Below, piece by piece: positions 48,572-52,379 of a stretch of DNA of 52,379 nucleotides (its first letter is position 1; the number at the start of each line of letters is the position of its first letter). The notes below the pieces were generated by a model, which was given only the letters and a program-made list of their open reading frames with translations, searched no databases and was not told the DNA's origin. The DNA is taken from positions 1-52,379 of the forward strand of contig JAADGM010000077.1 of assembly GCA_013152375.1 (NCBI GenBank). Direction: 5' to 3'. The stretch comes from FCB group bacterium (lineage in GTDB: Bacteria; Fidelibacterota; Marinisomatia; SCGC-AAA003-L08; JACNLC01). Made by a program: the position numbers and the translations under genes.

Positions 48572-49294
48572 TCACTGGTCTGCGTTCACCGCCCAATAGA
48601 TTTTGGATACTCCAAAAGTGAGAGACTGAACTTCTACCGTGCTGAATCCCGCATGCACCAGCATCCCGGCAACTTCGCGATCCGGTGGAAAAACCTCCAC
48701 TGATTCCGGCAGATAGCGGTAGGCCCGGGATTGGGAAAAGAGACCAGCCAGGCGCGGCAGGACTTGCTTAAAATAAAAGCGATACAGATGGCCGAAAAGT
48801 TTTGATCGGGGTTGTGAAAACTCAAGAATGGCCAGTTTGCCGCCAGGTTTAAGCACTCTCTGGAACTCTCTGGCCGCGACCTCATAGTGGCCGATATTGC
48901 GGAAACCGTAGGAAATGGTAAGGGCATCGAAGCTGTTATCCCTGAAAGGCAGTGCTTCTCCATCTCCCTGCACAAATGTGATATTCCCGGTTTGACGGCG
49001 ACGGGCTTTCTCCCGGGCGAGCAGGGTCATATTGAAGGCATAATCCAGCCCGATTACTGCTGCATCAGTGTACCTTTTCAGGATGGCGAATCCCACATCG
49101 CCGGTCCCGGTGGCCACATCCAGCACGTGCTGTCCTTTCTCAAGTGTGAGACCTTTCACTAACTGTCTCCGCCAATACAGATCGACTCCAAAACTCAGGA
49201 AATGGTTGAGAAAATCATAGCGCGGCGAGATGTCCTCGAACATCTGCTGTACGAATTTTTTCTTTTCCTCGCCACTGTGTATAAATTCTGTCAT
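48572..49294 (-). CDS. ubiE: Demethylmenaquinone/ubiquinone C-methyltransferase
   Basis: MFEDISPRYDFLN--LSFG-D--WR, LDVATGTGD, LPF-D-SFD, GFRN, RVLKPGG, Y-YLPES. Confidence 0.95.
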   Translation of the reverse strand: MTEFIHSGEEKKKFVQQMFEDISPRYDFLNHFLSFGVDLYWRRQLVKGLTLEKGQHVLDVATGTGDVGFAILKRYTDAAVIGLDYAFNMTLLAREKARRRQTGNITFVQGDGEALPFRDNSFDALTISYGFRNIGHYEVAAREFQRVLKPGGKLAILEFSQPRSKLFGHLYRFYFKQVLPRLAGLFSQSRAYRYLPESVEVFPPDREVAGMLVHAGFSTVEVQSLTFGVSKIYWAVNADQ

Positions 49295-49570
49295 GGATTC
49301 CTTCCGGTTTGATCCGTCATTCCAAATCTGTACCAGTTCAGCACCGGCAATGCAGTAAAATTAGGGAGTTTTGGCAGTGGATAGCTAACGGTACAGCCTG
49401 TGCCGTGCACGATCTCATATCGATTTAATCCGTCTATGTCGGCAATTGCCCAACTACACAGGGCGAGACGATTCGGTTAAAGCACGGCCGCTTAGGGCGG
49501 GGTAGTTCATTTTCAAAAGCGGATCGAAGAAGAATTGAATATTACGGAAAGAATATTATGCTAAAAAACT

Positions 49571-51400
49571 CTAGCCGCCATTTAGAATGATCTGTATCAA
49601 CAGAATGACATCAAGGACATTTATTATCCCGCTGTTATCCAGATCAGCTGTGATCACTTGCAGCGTTGTCGGTTCTTCTCCCAGAATAATATCAATTATT
49701 CCTACAAGATCCAGTATATCTATGATAAAATCTCCATTTACATCTCCGATAATATATTCCTGATGGTAGTAATTAGCGCCCATATCTGCAATCGTTCCAT
49801 CAGGGTCCGGCTGAGAATTTGGATCTCCTGCATCGATACAGGGACTGTCTGCAGAAAGATTATAAAGCCCGTCTTCAATTTCGAATAATGGGTTTTCATC
49901 AATATTCTCATGATCGATCAGATTTAGTTCTACATCAAAGTCGTCAAGGGTATTTGTCCAGTCTGAATATGAAATCTCGATATCATAAGGATCCGACAGA
50001 AAGTCATACAGACCAATGTCATTTGGCCAATTGTCCCACATTATACTATTTATAACGGCCAAATATGTGGTTCCATCACTGAACAGATAGATACCACCAC
50101 CGTATTGAAATCCGATATTACCACTTATTGTACAATTCTTTATAAAATTATTATTATTTAATGAAGAGTAGCAAATTCCTCCTCCATAGAAACTTGTATT
50201 ATTGGTAATCTGAATACGCTCAATCTCTATATAAAACGCATCTGAAAAACTGGCTATATAAATTCCACCTCCAGATTGAGAGTTATTATCATTCACGACC
50301 AAACCGGATAATTTTAATGAGTCTGATGGAGAACCCCCGGAGCAATTAATCCCGCCACCTGAACCTTCTTCCGCCGTATTTCCCGAAACTGATGAGTCAT
50401 GAGCTCTGATTTCAACGGTACCAAGGGCACTTATGCCACCTCCTGATAGTCCTGCTGTATTGTTGTCAACATGAACATCTTCAAATATTAAGGTAGAAGT
50501 AGAAGCATGAATCCCACCGGCTAAAACAGTACCTACATTATTACTTATCTCCACATCCGAAAATGAACCGGTAGAATGCAACATATCTATCCCTCCGGCG
50601 ATGATTGCTGTATTATTTTGTATAAGGACATTGCTTAAATATATATCGGAAAACGAACAATGTATACCGCCTCCGGTTTGGATACTTAAGCTATCTGGAA
50701 ATAAAGTATTATCCGATATTATGGAATTTGATAAAAATACGGTTGAATAGGATATTTTTAAACCCGCACCAAATCCGGACCCGTGAATTACATTTTCATA
50801 AATATGAATATTCTGGATTGTGACATTTGAGTCTTCGCACATCACACCGGCGCCACGACTAAAAACGTATACCCCTTCCTGTCCTTCTGGCACTATATTA
50901 TTTATAACTTCGATATCTCGAAGAACCGGGTAAGCATATAAGCAGAATATTCCAATCCCCATATTTTCATAGTCAACAACTCCCTGATTATCCCGGACTA
51001 TTAGATCTTCCAGGAGTGGACCTGAGTTACCAACACCAATCCCGGCGCCCGTAGAATTTTGCCCGTTTCTGATTGTAAAATTCCGAATAACAGTGTTTGT
51101 ATCCCATGGTTCGGATACATAATATGGTTGATATAAAATTCCTATTACTCTGCCTGATGCATTACCATCAATGATAGTCTCGGATTTATCCTCACCGATT
51201 AATTTTATGCCTTGTTTATCAGGCCAGGAAATATTCTCATAGTAGATGCCGTTGCTGACAAAAACAGTGTCATAATCCTGAGAATCTTCAAACGCCTGTT
51301 GGATCGAAGGGTAATCAGCAGGCACATGTAAAACCGATGCATTGAGATAAGATAAAAGAAGACTGCTTAGAACACACAGTATTCCAATTCGGTAAAACAT
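49571..51400 (-). CDS. Secreted right-handed beta-helix repeat protein with C-terminal type I dockerin
   Basis: Signal peptide; VPADYPSIQ start; many N--...GGGI repeats; SPCIDAG-P..DPDG...DMGA; duplicated dockerin GDVNGD..IDILD / ADLDNSG.INVLD. Confidence 0.85.
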   Translation of the reverse strand: MFYRIGILCVLSSLLLSYLNASVLHVPADYPSIQQAFEDSQDYDTVFVSNGIYYENISWPDKQGIKLIGEDKSETIIDGNASGRVIGILYQPYYVSEPWDTNTVIRNFTIRNGQNSTGAGIGVGNSGPLLEDLIVRDNQGVVDYENMGIGIFCLYAYPVLRDIEVINNIVPEGQEGVYVFSRGAGVMCEDSNVTIQNIHIYENVIHGSGFGAGLKISYSTVFLSNSIISDNTLFPDSLSIQTGGGIHCSFSDIYLSNVLIQNNTAIIAGGIDMLHSTGSFSDVEISNNVGTVLAGGIHASTSTLIFEDVHVDNNTAGLSGGGISALGTVEIRAHDSSVSGNTAEEGSGGGINCSGGSPSDSLKLSGLVVNDNNSQSGGGIYIASFSDAFYIEIERIQITNNTSFYGGGICYSSLNNNNFIKNCTISGNIGFQYGGGIYLFSDGTTYLAVINSIMWDNWPNDIGLYDFLSDPYDIEISYSDWTNTLDDFDVELNLIDHENIDENPLFEIEDGLYNLSADSPCIDAGDPNSQPDPDGTIADMGANYYHQEYIIGDVNGDFIIDILDLVGIIDIILGEEPTTLQVITADLDNSGIINVLDVILLIQIILNGG

Positions 51401-51436
51401 TGGGCTCTCCTATAAAAAAGATAATTGCATGGTTAC

Positions 51437-51871
51437 TTAATCCAATATATTTCTCATTCCACCAGCAGCAGTTTTTGAGTCTGGGTGAAAACAGGTGTCT
51501 TCAATGTCATGGACTTCCCGGTTTTTATCAACCCACAGTCCTATTATTTCGATAGTTTCATTTTTTTGATGAAGTAGGTGCATTGACTGTTGGATGTGCA
51601 TAATTTGATCGTCTCGTGGTGCCGAATTTTTGGCACAACCGTGATGGCCGACCACAGCAATTCCCACTGAACCGTGATTCTCAATTGAAATTTTCAGCCT
51701 TTCAAGAATCGACTGAATTGAGGCCATATCTTTCTGTTCCGATAAAATCAAATTTGGGGCGGCTTCAGTAATGGAATCTACATAATCAACATTGAACCGT
51801 TTTTGCAGATACCTGATTACAGGCAATTGAACTCGCCCGTCCATGCAGTTGATGACTGTACAGAATCGCAT
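51437..51871 (-). CDS. Putative beta-class carbonic anhydrase-like protein
   Basis: Zn-ligand pattern C-x-D-x-R (NCMDGR) and H-x-x-C (GHHGC); ATG 51871 follows an AAGGAG RBS (ORF track start 52024 is over-extended). Confidence 0.75.
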   Translation of the reverse strand: MRFCTVINCMDGRVQLPVIRYLQKRFNVDYVDSITEAAPNLILSEQKDMASIQSILERLKISIENHGSVGIAVVGHHGCAKNSAPRDDQIMHIQQSMHLLHQKNETIEIIGLWVDKNREVHDIEDTCFHPDSKTAAGGMRNILD

Positions 51872-52041
51872 ACGGTCTCCTTTTTTTGGTGAAGACCCCT
51901 CATCACCTGCACGAGGAATTTGAGTTATTACCGTCCTGTCAGGTTTGTGTTTCATTTTTTGGTAAATCCTTGTTTTCAGTCTGCTGGTCACACATGTCCG
52001 ATACAGCCAATTGTCAGATGGCAATTAAGATAGTTAATTAC

Positions 52042-52377
52042 TTATAAGCAGGCCGAACAAGCCACCAGTGTTATTTCCGTCGTCTGATTAGAAGTAAGTG
52101 TGACAGGTTCATGGTAAGAAATATTCCCTGGGCCAATACAACAAACTTCTGCATCTACATAATAATCGCCAGGATCAAGTTCAAAACTACATTTTCCGGT
52201 TAAATCCGTTTGTTTAATAATGCCTTCCGGTACGATTGTAATTGATATACCCGGAACGGCTGAATCATCAGTTGAATTATCTATTACAGAAACTGTAAGA
52301 GTTCCTTCATTAGAATCAGCAGATTCTATATCGCAGCTTGACACAAAGAATAGAATAAATAATGAGATTATAATTCC
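52042..52377 (-). CDS. Small lipoprotein with carboxypeptidase-regulatory/prealbumin-like fold (5' partial)
   Basis: Frame stays open to the window edge and reads ...GIIISLFILFFVSSC (lipoprotein signal); G-L-V-V-D, TD--G, L-PG-Y pattern. Confidence 0.65.
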   Translation of the reverse strand, partial: GIIISLFILFFVSSCDIESADSNEGTLTVSVIDNSTDDSAVPGISITIVPEGIIKQTDLTGKCSFELDPGDYYVDAEVCCIGPGNISYHEPVTLTSNQTTEITLVACSACL

Positions 52378-52379
52378 AA

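Overview
Bacterial chromosomal window with no rRNA, tRNA, CRISPR array, phage or transposase. The dockerin/beta-helix secreted protein, tamB-omp85 order and MoxR-DUF58 locus suggest an FCB-superphylum organism, possibly Marinimicrobia-like (inference only). The most notable part is a ~17 kb minus-strand nitrogen-oxide respiration cluster (1634-18718): sensor kinase, sigma54-dependent response regulator, diheme cytochrome c (NarC-like), narG-narH-narJ-narI, two different NarK transporters, an Fe-S Rrf2 regulator, and a secreted octaheme HAO-family cytochrome with the reductive (epsilon-Hao-like) Met/Trp signature. A candidate -24/-12 promoter and two TGCAT-N8-ATGC palindromes lie in front of narC. 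My working hypothesis is a NrfA-independent nitrate-to-nitrite-to-hydroxylamine/ammonium module wired through NarC. The rest is mostly housekeeping: alanine/glycine symporter, murQ-anmK-PMM-prenyltransferase-PGI/PMI-nuclease run, CNNM protein, lolCDE-like genes, clpC, dnaK, tamB/omp85, TPR lipoprotein, moxR-DUF58-Bat-like gene, YciO-like gene. A variable right end carries short palindromic repeats, a candidate structured RNA, an LCAT-like lipoprotein, ubiE/menG and an AT-richer tract. All calls come from motif recognition by eye; no database searches were run.
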